NCBI GenBank assembly: GCA_963693365.1 | Contig: CAVNZM010000001.1 | Location: 761,245-825,244 of the forward strand | Reading direction: 5' to 3' | Length of the DNA: 64,000 nt | Origin: Amoebidium appalachense | Lineage: Eukaryota > Protista > Ichthyosporea | Shown: positions 38,786 to 57,461 of the stretch, in pieces | Numbering within the stretch: the stretch's first letter is position 1 | Layout of the letters: every line of letters starts with the position of its first letter | Position numbers and translations under genes: made by a program | The notes under the pieces: generated by a model | Database searches by the model: none | Told to the model about the DNA's origin: nothing | The model's input: the letters and a program-made list of their open reading frames with translations, nothing else

Positions 38786-41700
38786 AAGCTCGCAAGGCTA
38801 TAGAAAATTATTTATACTGGGTCGCCATCCCAGTTCGACATATATATAAAGTCGAATATAGAAGAAAACCAATATATATGGTGGGATATGAATATAAATA
38901 AACGACGGATGGTGGAGAATAATCCCCACTGAAGATGCACACACATGACGATGTAAGACTGAGTCCCCACTGATGAAGAGAAACGATGAGGAGTAGTAGA
39001 CTTTCGTTGGGAGGCATCTTGAGCACCGTAGGTGTGTCAACTGCTGTCCAGCGCCCCAACCTACTCAGAAACCACTCGATGATGAACACCAGTGCACGGG
39101 TCAGTCACGGAGACTGAGGTTGGCACTGTGTGTGTCGTGGGCCGGTCCAGCCAGAGGCTTGGTGAAGATGTCGGCCAGGTTCTTCTTGGTGTCGATGTAG
39201 GTGACAGTGACGTCCCCACTGGTGATGTAGTCCTTGGTGTTGAAGTAACGAACGGCAATGTGCTTGGTCCGGTGCTTGATGGTGTTGGAGTGGACCAGAG
39301 CAATGGTGGACTGATTGTCACAGTACACGGGGGTGGGCTCGGTCATGGGGTAGCCCAGCTCCTTTAGTAGATCACGGTGCCAGACAACATCTTGAACGGC
39401 AGCATTGAGGGCCAGGAGCTCGGCCTCACAGGTGGAAGTTGCAGTGATCGTCTGCAGCTTGGAGTGGTAGGTGACGGGGGTGCCTTCGAGGAGGATGACG
39501 TACCCAGACGTTGTAAACAACTGTACACATGAACTGTACATGTTTACTAAAGAATGTGATCTACTAGCACACGATTCGTGCTTTGTCATGAATATCACAT
39601 AAATATTATGTCCGCACCAATAGGACTCACTCTGACCTAAGAATTGAACCATATATGGTTCTTCCGCTGCATACCACATAAACGAAGTGAACCAATAAGA
39701 GGTTTGCATAAATAGGACAAAGGTCTGACTGGCTCGGACCGCACCAGAATCACGAATGGCATGTTGCCACCCGCGCTGGCCGCGGATGAACCAATCCTGG
39801 GCCTTGATCCGAAACCTGGGGGCTATATAAGAAAGCCGTCCCAGTACGGGGATCACATCAGTGAAGTCTGAGACAGACTGAGTCGGCCCATAGTAAAAGC
39901 AACCTGGCCGCGTGTGCCTTTCTACCCGTTCTCTGTCTTTATTTTGATTCAGTTGTACTCTGCCTTATCCTAACTAGTCCAACTGTTTACATTGGCGACC
40001 GCGCAGTTCAAGAATCTCGCATCCTTCGAATCTCACATCTTTCAATCAGTTCAAGAATCTCACATCTTTCAATCAGCTCAAGAATCTCCCATGGCCGATC
40101 ACAATCCTTTTTACCCCGATGATAGGCACATCTTTCCTTGTCCGGCTTAGAATATATACACCTACAAGTTTGAAGTGGCCAGCCCACCTACACGGAAAGA
40201 ATTGAAAGCATGTAAAACTTCTTTTGCTACGACACATCAAAAATGTGAAGAAAAACGAATACACAACGAAACAACGAATACACGAACAAACGAATAAAGA
40301 ATTGCTAACGAAGCAATGAACCAACGAAAAACGAACCATCACGAATACGCAATGAAATAAAGAATTAACGACAAACGATTGCATAGAGGAAATACGAAAT
40401 GAATGCAACACGAAAACAAAACAGAGTAACGAAGTTATCAAACGACAAAAAACGAAAAACGAAAGCAAAATGAACTGGAAATACGAAAATGAAAGGACGA
40501 ATGCACAACACTGCTTGGGTTGCAATGCACACAGCCCCCTCTATGTTACGAAGAAAAGAAAACCGTTGCCCTTGCGTGCATTGCGCTATTGCACACTGTC
40601 ATCGTGTCCATGCCACCGCATGCACGTCCACACTCGCAAGCCAGATCATCATGATGCACGGCCACTTTCAGCACGAATGCATTTAAAGAAGAAGATAGTC
40701 GCTGTTGCTATAGCATTGAGGACATAAGGTGCTGTGAAAGTAGTTTTGCATGCATGATTCGAATTTCTTGCTGTTTTCGAATACAGCATGCCCCATAGTT
40801 TAGCGCACAGGATGCACAACATGCGCATGAATGTATGCTGGCATGCCTAAACACATTACGAACATATGCCTCATGTATGGCGGCCCTTCCTGGTGCCACG
40901 CCCTAACGAATTTGCACTCTTGGTGCACAAAAGGCATGTAATAAAGTCGATGCAGAACTTTTGTTCATGCATGTGAAAAACAAAGAAGGTGTTGGGTACG
41001 AATTTTAAGGTGAATGCCCGTCTGTGGCAATACGGTGTAACATACCAATTACACTGTCAAGCCTTGCACTAGCTGCCGGCACACCCCCACCAGAACAAAA
41101 GAATGTGGTATGGGCACCGCTCCCTCACAACCCCATCATACAGTGTCAGTATTTTGGCTGGAAGCCTTTCAGTTTCGAATTACGAATACCCTCCTTCACT
41201 ACTGAAGAAAGTGACGTGGAAGACAAATACGAATACGAATGCAAGGTGTTGTTGACTAACACATCGGACCATCATGTGTACCTACTAGGCCCTGGTACGG
41301 AGGTGACCATGTTATTCCCTTGCAATATGATGACACTGTAACAATTTAGCACGTGCATACCCCACCAATGGGCACATGCGGGAGACAACCCCACAAGCTG
41401 CCTTATTGGGCACCTCTGCTAAAACGAATATTCTTCTCACGAAGGAACAGAAGAATGCCACGAACACGAACCACACACTCACCAGGCAGCTACTTACATC
41501 TAATGTATGTAAGAAGTAGGGTGTGTGAACGGGGGTAACTTCATGAACACCAACACGAAAGAAAGCACAGCACAAAGCAGTTCCACGAATACGAATGGTT
41601 TTGGTATTCCACACAACGAACAGAACCTACAGTAGGGCCACCTACAAATGAAGCAGAGGATGGGGCACCATCCAGACCTGCACTGGAGGATATGAAGATA

Positions 41701-44138
41701 CGAAGCGCGCTCACGAAGTTGCTTACAAAAGAAAGGGCGACTCCGACGACTTTTCTTTTTAGGCCAAGCCTCCAGAAGAATGTATTATGCCTGGAATCCC
41801 CCTGCTCAACGAAAATGGCTGGCAAATGGGATACGAAAACTGCTCACGAATGGAAGCATGTGTTTTCTGAAGGAGGCTTGCTTTGCCTACCCTCTTCTTA
41901 TGAATTATGAACCGGGCTTTTACTGGTTCTGACGGGTGATATATTTCTTTATGTCGCCCAACGAAGAACACTTGGGCATTTTTATTCTGTTTTTCCCAGC
42001 TCCGATGATGCAGGGTTAAAGCTGAAAGGAAAGAAGTGCTCTTTGTTCATGAAAGAAGTGGCTTTTCCGGCCATGGTGACTCGCCTTACAGTCTTAAGGT
42101 AGAACCGGGATAAGGAGCAGCGGCTAAGCCTTGAAGCTATCCACCACTACCTGAGCTACGAAGTGACCTAAGGCTCGAGTTATATTCATTATCGAATGTT
42201 TGGTATGATCATTCATCCACACAACCAAATTACTCGCAATTGAAAACGAATCTGCGGGAGTATCCTAAAAAGGAAAAATTCCCAAAAAGGAAAATACTAC
42301 TTCTACAGAAAAGCCAAACACAGAGACGAAGGCTTAGCGAATTATTCGCACGCACACTCTGCAACAATCTTCGCCACGAAAATGAAATCACAGAAGAATG
42401 CTGCATGAATTTACGTTTTGGCAAATGAAGAAGTGCTCATAGACGTGCACAACGCTATTCCACCGTCCTTGCTCTGTTCTGTCCAGCAGCTCGGCACACA
42501 CAAGAATTCTCGCTGAAGGTTGTTTATCGCCTCTCAGCCTGGTGGTTTGCTTGTCTAACGACACCACCAGGCTCCCGACAAGGGGGGGAGTGTAAACAAC
42601 TGTACACATGAACTGTACATGTTTACTAAAGAATGTGATCTACTAGCACACGATTCGTGCTTTGTCATGAATATCACATAAATATTATGTCCGCACCAAT
42701 AGGACTCACTCTGACCTAAGAATTGAACCATATATGGTTCTTCCGCTGCATACCACATAAACGAAGTGAACCAATAAGAGGTTTGCATAAATAGGACAAA
42801 GGTCTGACTGGCTCGGACCGCACCAGAATCACGAATGGCATGTTGCCACCCGCGCTGGCCGCGGATGAACCAATCCTGGGCCTTGATCCGAAACCTGGGG
42901 GCTATATAAGAAAGCCGTCCCAGTACGGGGATCACATCAGTGAAGTCTGAGACAGACTGAGTCGGCCCATAGTAAAAGCAACCTGGCCGCGTGTGCCTTT
43001 CTACCCGTTCTCTGTCTTTATTTTGATTCAGTTGTACTCTGCCTTATCCTAACTAGTCCAACTGTTTACAGACGTGGAACGACGGGTGGTGGGGCAACCA
43101 GCAAAGTCAGAATCCGAGTAGCACTCAAGGATGGGCACCTTGCTGTTGGGGGTCTTCTTCTTGTAGTAGAGGCCGAGGTTGATGGTGCCGAGCAGGTAAC
43201 GAACGACACGGAGGAGAAGCTCCCAGGCAGTCTTGGTGGGCTTGGAGCTGAATCGGCCGAGGTAGCCAATGGCATACGAGATGTCAGGCCGGGAGCACCG
43301 AGCAACCCACAGCAGACGGCCGAGGAGTTCATGGTAGGGGACGGTGGTGGGCAGGGAGGAGAGGGAGGTCTCGTTGATGATGGTGCCCACGGAATGGGGT
43401 GGCCTTGGGCTTGGCATCGACCAGGTTGAAGTCGGTGATGATGTCCTTGATGTAGGAGGACTGCAGCAGCTTGAGGGAGTCACGGGTGTACAGCAGTTGG
43501 GTGCCGAGGAAGATGTCTGGCAGACCGACCTTGCACTCGGCAGACTTCGTGATGTGAAGAACAAGCTCCTGCATGATGGTGGAGTGCCGTGTGCAGGTGA
43601 TGATGGCATCATCAACGTAGTTGCCCGAACGGATGATGTGCCCGTTGGGGAACCGGCGGAAGTAGACACACGGATCGGAACGGAGACGGGTGAGGCCGTG
43701 GGCAATGAGAATGGAGTTGAAGAACTCGTACCATGCCAGGGATGCCTGCTTGAGTCCGTAGAGGGCCTTCTTGAGTTTCCAGACTTTGTGTTCATTGCCA
43801 GGGAGGATAAAACCAGGAGGTTGCTCCATGTACAGAGTCTCGTCGAGGGGGCTGTTGAGGAAGGCCGTGCTGATGTCGAGTTGATGGATCTCGTGGTCCT
43901 GTTGCACACCGAGGGCAAGCAGGGCACGGACGGAGGAGGACATGACGACGGGGGAAGAGTTGTCACCGTAGTCAACACCGTAGACTTGGGTGAAACCCTT
44001 GGCCACACCACGACCCTTGATCTTGGTGTCACCAGCAGAGTTGAGGACCTTCTCCGTGACAATCCACTTGAATCGGATGATGTTGGCATCGGAGGGGGGC
44101 TCAACTGCGTCGAAGATGTCCTTGTCGATGAAAGCCTT
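38786..44138 (-). mobile_element. Truncated Copia of a second family (RT 43071-44138, RNase H 39101-39511, 3' UTR), interrupted by a Gypsy-like element
   Basis: HQLDISTAFLN, LKKALYGLKQA, NYVDD, YSDSDFAG, LADIFTK; near-identical to 57960-59750. Confidence 0.88.
39512..43070 (+). mobile_element. Non-autonomous Gypsy-like LTR element, 480-bp LTRs (39512-39991 and 42591-43070), TSD GACGT
   Basis: TGTAAACA...TGTTTACA termini, [24 protein letters not shown], and an RT remnant GLKLKGKKCSLFMKEV near 42012-42060. Confidence 0.88.
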
Positions 44139-44513
44139 CGTGCGTGTGTCTGCTGGCTGCAGATGTACGTTTCCTTTTCACGTTCATGAACCAGCGACTG
44201 TGGGCACTACTTTTGCTGTTAGCACTATAGCTATCATCCCCTCCACCAATCGTTCAAGCTATTTTCTGCTTCTCTAGACTTCATAAGTTCTGGTCCGTGT
44301 TTCCGTCCTTACTATGTTTGAGGTTGGTTCTGTCGACTCTTTTTTTGCCACTCTCAGTCAGCCCCCTCAGTCCCCCCCCCCCCCCCCCCCCCGCCTCCCC
44401 CCCACTTCTCGCAAGTAGGATGAGCTAATTCTTAGCTCGAGTTCCTTTACAGGTTTTGCCAAGGTTGGCCCATGAAGTCATCAGCAGCTATAAGGCTACG
44501 TTATCATCTAGAG

Positions 44514-44794
44514 GTGGGTACCGGCTCTTTGTCCTATGGCTGCTGTTGTTTCCGCTTTTCGTTTCATAGGTGGGTACCGGCTCTTTGTCCTGTTAAGGTA
44601 AATAAAGTATGGAGGCAAGACCCTGTGGGTCTGGGGCTCTTTGTCCTATGGCTGCTGTTGTTTCCGTGTTTCGTTTCTGTTTTGCTCTTATAGCACATGA
44701 ATGATCATGTGCATGTTTAGCAACCATAGGTGGATACCGGCTCTTTGTCCTGTTAAGGTAAATAAAGTATGGAGGCAAGACCCTGTGGGTCTGG
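44514..44794. repeat. Local direct repeats (~67-bp unit twice, plus partial GGCTCTTTGTCCT copies)
   Basis: TAGGTGG.TACCGGCTCTTTGTCCTGTTAAGG...GTGGGTCTGG at ~44568 and ~44727. Confidence 0.75.
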
Positions 44795-46360
44795 CACCTC
44801 GTCGTCGTCATCGATCGTCAAAGGTTCATGTGGGGTGGGTGGTGGTCCCCGGGGGGGGGGGGGGGGGGGGAGGGGGGGGGGGGGAGGGAGGGAGGTGGGG
44901 GTTTAAGATATCATCACGACAACCTCCAGCTATCCAACAGATGACTTTAAGGATGATGACGGTCTTTTTAGTGTGACTTTTAGAACATCCTGAAAGATGG
45001 CTTTAAAATTGCATCAAGAAATCTTCCGGTGCTCTTACCAGAACTATGAATATATAATTATTCTATCTATGGGAGCGACCATATATAACGTTAGGCCGTC
45101 CTAAAGCCGTCTAAAGTGTATATTAATTGTGTCTTTTCCTCAATTGATGATGAATCTATATTATGAGGTAAATACGTCTCACGCATATCTTGTTTGTGTC
45201 GACTCACTTCGGGAAGTCACAGGGAGATGACAGCTTTTTTGCTCATCAACGGAATCCACGGAGGGAAGAGTTTGTTCGCTTCCCATATTACACGAGAAGT
45301 GAGTTGTGTTTCAAATCGTGTGGCACGTGGCAAATAGCAGTAGACTGAGGGTGCGGGTTTTATTTTAACGAAGTTCGCGACACGCTCCGAAGTTGTTGCT
45401 ATGTACGTTTGTGTGTGTGTTACGTTTATGCATATATTTGAGCCACTGCGGGTGAATCTTGAGTTCATGTGTTCCGGTGTGTGCAAACGTGCCGGTGGTG
45501 GTGGTCACGGTTGTGGTAGTTGGGAGAGGAGGGGGGGGGGGGGGGGGGGAGGTCATTAATTTGGGCGTCACAAGGTTTGGCAGCCGAAAAAATTCATATT
45601 CAATATTAGATACATAAGCATCCGCGAGAAAAACGCCCCCCGTTGGGCTCCGTGCAGACTGAAGCTTAGACATCCTCGTGGCCAGATGGGGCAATCTAGT
45701 CACTCTCGCGGCCTCCTACCAGTTTTTCTGTACTTATATAGGCCGAGACTTTTTTCCTTGCCATGCAAATGTCTCCGTTATATGTGCGACCTTATATACC
45801 AATCTTTTCAACACTTGTATTTTGGTTTATTGAGGCAAGCTCCAAAATACGGTTTACAGACTTTCTTGGTTTTTCACAGTGTCAGTGTTGTAAAGAACAT
45901 GTTTTTATGCTTGTCTCGTCCGAGTGATTGTTTCCTTTTCCCCGGGATATATCTGCGCGCGCGATATCTCACTTTTTTGTATTCTTTCATGAGCACATCA
46001 ACGTCATTATAAAAAAAAAACAAATACATACGGGCAGGAGCCACCAAAACCGATTACAACTCGGTCTAGTGATCTGTGGTATCTGATGTTTTGATTGGCT
46101 AATTGGTGCCCGTGTGCGGGCAGCCAACCGCTAACTGCTAAAACACGAAAGTGAAGCCTACATGGTTATGTTGGTATCGAACACCCATCCTACGTGTTTA
46201 CCCAGAAAAAATATTTATGTCAATAATTTCCACAAATAAAACCTCTATGAAAACTACTCCGGGACGTGTGTTGCCTCTAGGGGGACATCCCCTTGGACGA
46301 AAGTGAACCTGCAATGGTTGTAAACCACGGCACGAGAGCAGTATGCTTGCTCCAAAGGTT

Positions 46361-47393
46361 TCACTTAAGAATAGAGGCGAATACACGTATGGTGGTGGCA
46401 GCAATGGAGGCCGGACGAAGTCGGGTATAGATCAGGAAGCAGTCGGAGGACCACCTGCCGAGTTGTTTGATCCGGGAGTCGTCGACCCCGGCCTCAGCCA
46501 GTGCTGTGGCCCCCCCGATGCGTAGGCTGTGTCCGGCAAACCGGGAGGGTGAGAGGCCTGCCCGGGAGAGGAGGGCACGGAAATCGGCAGAGAAAGCACT
46601 CTTGGTGTAGGGGATGCCACCGAGACTGAAGAGGGGGTCGTCGGGTTGACCGGACGTTGTATCCAGGAACTGCCGGAGGAGATGGGCTGGGGAGAAGTGG
46701 GTGAGGGGCAGGGCAGCTAGGGTGACGTTGACACCTCGGGCCTGTACATCCGTCTTAGAGGTTGGCAGGTGGAGGGTGGCATGGGACAAAGTACCGGTGG
46801 GGGTGTAGCTGAAGGCCACGTCCTTCCGTTTAACGTGACGGGACGGGTCGAAAGAAGTCAGGGTCTTGGAGGTAAATTCCCCTGAACGGAGGAGACCACA
46901 GAAACCGACGATGAGGGCCGTCCATAGCCGGAGATTGGCCGAGGAGGCCTTGGTGGGGCACTGGCCATGGAGTAGGCTGAGGTGGGAGGGCAGGAGGGGT
47001 TCCCTGGTGGATGAACGGGGTCGGATGTTGTGAGAAAGCTGCCATCTGCCCACCCCCCGTAGGAACCAGGCCAGAGACTTGTCGTGGGGGTAGGGAGCAG
47101 GGAGGCCCATGTCGAGGTGGAGCCTGGTGATGGCCGAATTGTAGCCGGTTAAGGAGGAGGCCTGTACCCCTCGTTGGGCACACCAGGCGAGAAAAAGTTG
47201 CACGGTGTGTGGGGAGGCCGGGAGGGAGGACCCGGAGGAGGATTGCAGCCGAGATGCCACACAGAAATCGATGAACACTTTTTTGCACCCGGGAGTAAAA
47301 GGCCCGAGAGTCGAGGTTGAGACTCAGGGCCTGGCATTCCTGCAGGGTAGTGGTGGCACGAAGCAGCTCGGCCGGAGCAAAGTGGGGGGCCAA
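46361..47393 (-). CDS. Tyrosine recombinase (one frame break in a T-run near 47280)
   Basis: R-K-HxxR-W-Y catalytic motifs are intact. Confidence 0.9.
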
Positions 47394-47723
47394 TCGGCCA
47401 GCGTTGCTCCGGAAGGGGAGATCTGGGGGGGGGCGGGGGGGGGGGGGGGGGGGGGTGAGCCCAGGGGAAGGGATAGGAACTTGTGGACCCAGAAGGGGAA
47501 GGGGCAGGGCTCCGGTTGCAGGTAAGGTCGGAGTCGTCGGGTCCGGGGAAGTTGGTTACGGAGGAGCTGCGCGGCGAATGATTGGGCTGGGTTGGGGGGC
47601 CAGCAGCTCCCGGAGGCGGGAGGTGTCAACGTGGTGCTGGGGCAGCGGGCGGGCCTCCGGGGCTGAGCCTCGGGGGAAGGGGTGGTTAGCATGGGTGGGG
47701 CACCCTCGGGGAGATCCCGGCAT

Positions 47724-47757
<34 letters not shown>

Positions 47758-47763
47758 GGGGGG

Positions 47764-48688
47764 TGTTAAATTGTATAAATATTTGGGATGAAAGCAGAGA
47801 CACAGTGGTGCAGTGTGAAAACACCACAGAGACACACAACAACAAAACACGGAACGATCGGAGCAGTGTACACAACAGACATCAATGTTTAGACACGACT
47901 AAACTGAATTTATTCTGATCTTCGAATAAATACCTGAAATTCCTCTAAGTCCAATCCATACATGATTTCCGACCAGTCGGAAATCAGATCTATCTCTAAT
48001 AGAAACCAATCACTAAGAACCAATTGCTTTCAGAGAGATCCGGTACGCGGAGACGCACACGATAGGACACAGACACTAGTTAAGGTCAACTCGTGTCATC
48101 ATCAAGGAAATTCTAACCTATGACATACTGCAAAGACTCAGACATATCACACTTAACCTTGATGATTGGTTAAAGCCCGGCAACACATGAAAACTAAAGT
48201 AAATTAATGAAGTCTAAACACACATGCTATTCTAAGTGTAGCCTAAGTGTGTTACCGTCCAATGAACACGTATTAAGTAACACAAATCTACCTAACATAT
48301 ATTAGTAGAAAAGAAATACGATTATACACATGAAGACAAGGAGAGAAAGAAAAGAAAATAAGGAAGGAGAAAGAGAAAGGAAAAGAGAGCACAGATCAAC
48401 AAACAAGATAGTAATAGCATAACTATAACCAGAGATATTTATGTACACACGAACATGTACACGTCTCTCCCTGAGTGGGTGGATCCGTGTACACACATAT
48501 AAATATTCTAATCGATATTACAATACACGATTAGAGCCGATACAACACGATTACAAGTATACAAGCATATCGGAGATCGATGCTACACTTTACATAATAG
48601 GAGTGTGGCATATACACTAAGCATATGAACTGAAACATAACACAAACTGAGAAGATCTTACCATATGTAGATACTACGTATTACAACA
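47764..48688 (-). mobile_element. Solo Copia LTR type A2 inserted in the Ngaro element
   Basis: 925 bp with TGTT..AACA termini; both flanks are A+G-runs, so the TSD is ambiguous. Confidence 0.9.
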
Positions 48689-49094
48689 AGGGGGGGGGGG
48701 GGGGCAGCAGGGCCCCGGGGGGTTAGAGTAGGGCAGCTGGGCCCGAGGGAGGGTTTGCAGGGAGGGTAGCGGGGCCCTGTGCAGGGGATGCCTGAGCACG
48801 CGCGGGTGTGGGCGTACACCGAGTGAGAAGAAGGGGGGGGGGAGGGAGTGCTAGGTGAGTGTAAGGGGGGGGGAGGCTCGAGGGATGGGGGGGGGGGAGT
48901 AAAATTATGTGCAGTGGCCAGAATAACGTCTTTGTGTAGGGACATTTATTCTTGGCGCGCGCGGGCGCCGTAGTTGGCCTGCGAAAAATTTTACTCAGCC
49001 CTAGTGCCCCTTTCCCGAGCTCCGTGTCCCTGGACCCGTGTAACCTAGCTCCTAGCCCCTATGTTCTATCTGTGGGTGTGGGTGTGCACATAGA

Positions 49095-50256
49095 CTAGGC
49101 ATTGTCCTTGCAGTCTTTGCGGGGGTGTGTGCCAGAGCAGAGCGGGCACACGTGGGAGAAGGGGCAGGGCTGCTTAGCGCAGGACCGACCGTTGTGGAAA
49201 TTCCTGCAGTGTGTCGCGGGTAGATCCACGGGTCGAGCCGGTGGTGCCGGGCCGGGTTGCGGGCCGGGTCGGTGGGGGGTTTGTCCCCCGCCGGGCTTGT
49301 GGGGCGGCTCGAAACCATCAAGACCACAGCCGGGCTTGGGGTACATGGGGCAGGCCGCGCTGGGGTGGTCGGGGAAGCCGCAGCGCTGACATGCGTCCGG
49401 GATGAGCAGAGTGGGTGGCAGGAGGAGATCCTGGTGGAGTTGGGCGAGCAGGTTGGGACACTCGATCGGAGCCCGACCCTGTTGGTGGGCAACGGTTCGG
49501 GCGTATACGTCATAGTTGTGGATCTGGGCCCACGGGTATCGGGTGCTGAGGCGAGTGATGTGATGAGTCCAAAGTACTTCTTTGTCCGTGGGGAGGCCGA
49601 GGTGGTGCTTGGCGGCCATGTAATGGGTCCAAGCTTGGATCCAAATGACGAGTGAACGCAGGGGAACGGGTTTGTCTTGGCGAAAAGTCTCGATGCTGCC
49701 GTCGTCGGCCATGCGCAGATGCTGACCTTTCTTGGATGGGGCCAGGAGGGCGGCGGGGGTGAACTTATACAGGTCGACGAAACGATTGGCGCGCAAATCC
49801 GCCAGCACATCCGCGGGGGGAAGCGGGGAGTGTGCCCGGCTGAATGTCGCCAGGGTTCTCACCTGTAATGGGGGGCACGGGCAGGGCAGGTAGATCCAGG
49901 TCAGGGCCGAGATGCAGCCCCAGGGAAACCTCCCCGGGTGCGGAGGGCGCGGCGGGGGGCGCGGGAGGGTCGCGGTTGGTGAGAGCGGCCAGGACGCCAG
50001 CCATCTGGGTGCTGATGGCGGTGAGGGCGGCAAGGACGGCGTCTTGAGAAGTCATCGGCGGGGACGGTGGGGCCTGAGGAGGGACTTCAGGAGTAGAGGG
50101 GAGAGTAGCCGGAGGGTCCGTGGTGGTATGGGCCGCTGGAGGCGCGTCAGTGCCTGCGGGAGCGTTGGTCAGCCTGTGGCGGAGGTCGCTGCGGGTCAGG
50201 CGTTTAGGTGCCGCGGCAGGGGCGGCGGCTGAGGCCTGGCGCTTTTTCGGCGGCAT
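49095..50256 (-). CDS. Ngaro Gag-like protein (frameshifted) with CCHC and CCCH zinc motifs
   Basis: CQRCGFPDHPSAAC and CRNFHNGRSCAKQPCPFSHVCPLCSGTHPRKDC; lies just inside repeat A1. Confidence 0.8.
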
Positions 50257-51497
50257 GCTGACCGGCGTAGGGAAAGATAGGGAGAAGAAAAGGAATATAT
50301 AGCTGTAATCGTGTGGATGCTAAACACAGAATATGTGTTTGTAGCTTGCTGATCTGCTAAAAACTGTCGTGCTTATATACCTAAGCCTACCGATCTGAGC
50401 CAATCAAAAATCGATCTAGTGATATGTGAAATCTGATCCGAGCCAATCATAACTCGTTCTAGTGATCTGTGGTATCTGATGTTTTGATTGGCTAATTGGT
50501 GCCCGTGTGCGGGCAGCCAACCGCTAACTGCTAAAACACGAAAGTGAAGCCTACATGGTTATGTTGGTATCGAACACCCATCCTACGTGTTTACCCAGAA
50601 AAAATATTTATGTCAATAATTTCCACAAATAAAACCAAGACATCAACATTTTTGCGTATTTATACCACATATCATCAGGAATAAATGAATTTATGAAGGA
50701 ACGAAACTCTCCAACCGTATCCGCCATGTATTTAGTAGCTGGAACAGTAAGGAACAAAAATATACAGGTGTTGAAACGTTATGGGGTATACAGAGAATGA
50801 TCGCGAATTCGGATCGGACAAACAGTCACAGACACACGTATTTGCCTAGACATACACAAGAGTACACACACCCGCACGTTCAAGCCTTCTCCCCCACGTG
50901 CACATGCACCCCTCATTCTATCTGCAACTCTTTGTGCCAAGTCATCTGCCCCTGTGTTTATCACAATCCCCCCCCCCCCCCCCCCCACCCCTCCCCCCCC
51001 CCCCCCCTCGCTCCACCCCCCCCCACCCCCCTCCTCCTCCTCCTACTCCTATTCACACAGGCTGCCCACACCCACCCAACCACCGCAACCCCTTCCCCTA
51101 GGCTTCCTCCTTGCGCATACCGCGATCCATGGAAACCACTCCCGCATTGGTCCACTTAAAACCAACCATGTTAGAGAATGACGTCATGTCCTTGCAATTT
51201 GCAACCCACCAGGCTGACCGTCTCCCTTGGCGCTCCCTCACTGCTCGGGTGGCTCCGAGGATACTGTATCAACCCTTCATTTTACCCCACCCACCGCGAC
51301 ATCCCTGCACAGCAAACATAGCCAAACCGGGAATGGCACACGAGCCTGAATATGTTTCGACAGCAGTCCATCTGCGCATTAAAGAAGGGGATGACACAGA
51401 CTACACATCCCCTGCAGCGGCAGGCCCGACTTGTTTAACAAGAGTTCGAAACCAACACAAACGAGATTCCGTTGCATGTGGAAAGAGATCACTGGAC

Positions 51498-56420
<4,923 letters not shown>

Positions 56421-56689
56421 GTCCCCGCTGAGCTGGGCTAACGAACCGTTTCGGCATGTCACGTCTGTGTGTGCGCGCGCGCGGTGTGTGTGTGTGTGTG
56501 TTTGTGTGTGCGCGCGCGGTGTGTGGTGCAAGTATTCATGTGTAAGGTTGGTGTGTTGGGGGGGCAGGGAGGGGGGACTCTCTATGGGCATAGATTTAGG
56601 AAGGAAGCAAAATGTCAAGCAAAGGCCCTCAAGGGTGTCTGGGCTAATGTTGTTTTTGTACGGGTCTAAGGGAGCAGAGTGCACAGAGG

Positions 56690-57401
56690 TGTCATGTAAA
56701 ACACGACTAACACATTAATGAGAGGGCAATCGGAGTTGTTCACGAGACATTGAAAGATTTCAAACAACAACTGATTCTTTATTGTGCTCTCGGTTCCTTT
56801 TGTACTTGCGACTTATCACCTTATCACAACTAAAGAGGGAGAACCAATCGGTTCTATCAGAAGATAGAAAAACACATTCCGAAAGAGCATACACATTCCA
56901 ACTTCCGATTAAACTAAAGTGTAGAGACTCTTACTTAAATAAATTAAGTAATTACACATCTAGTCACTATTAACTCACATATATATTTATGTTCGTCTCT
57001 ATAAAGAAAATTATTTAAATACATATATTTCCTAATAGTCGACACTCTCAAAGTGAAGACACTTTGCAATAAACCGAATTCCATATATATCTATTGTCCA
57101 ATCACAACACACATATATTAACAGACAGGAATGCACAACACGATCTACGGATGTACTTGCTCGCGACTATTGGCGAGCCATCCTCTTGAGAACAAAACTA
57201 GGCCATTTTGAAATAAAGGAAAGACAACGAGTGAGGCTAGCCAATCACGCTACCTCTCAGATAAACAGAGGAGAGCAAACAGAAATAAAAACACAATAAG
57301 TTCTTATCAGGCAAGTGAGCCAGGTGTGCACAGATCTACAGATATCTGTGCCCACAGAAACAAGGGAGAGAGAGATACGGGGGGGGGGGGGGGGGGGGGG
57401 G

Positions 57402-57461
<60 letters not shown>

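Larger units (their letters stand above)
46058..50636 (-). mobile_element. Second Ngaro/PAT-type element: A1 (~50285-50636), gag, RT-RH deleted, YR, B1 (46244-46332), partial A2; B2 missing
   Basis: Same repeats and YR as 11333-13857. Confidence 0.88.

Noticed and set aside
39101-39856. 251-aa novel fusion protein
   Set aside because: Chance read-through from the antisense Gypsy LTR into the interrupted Copia RNase H.
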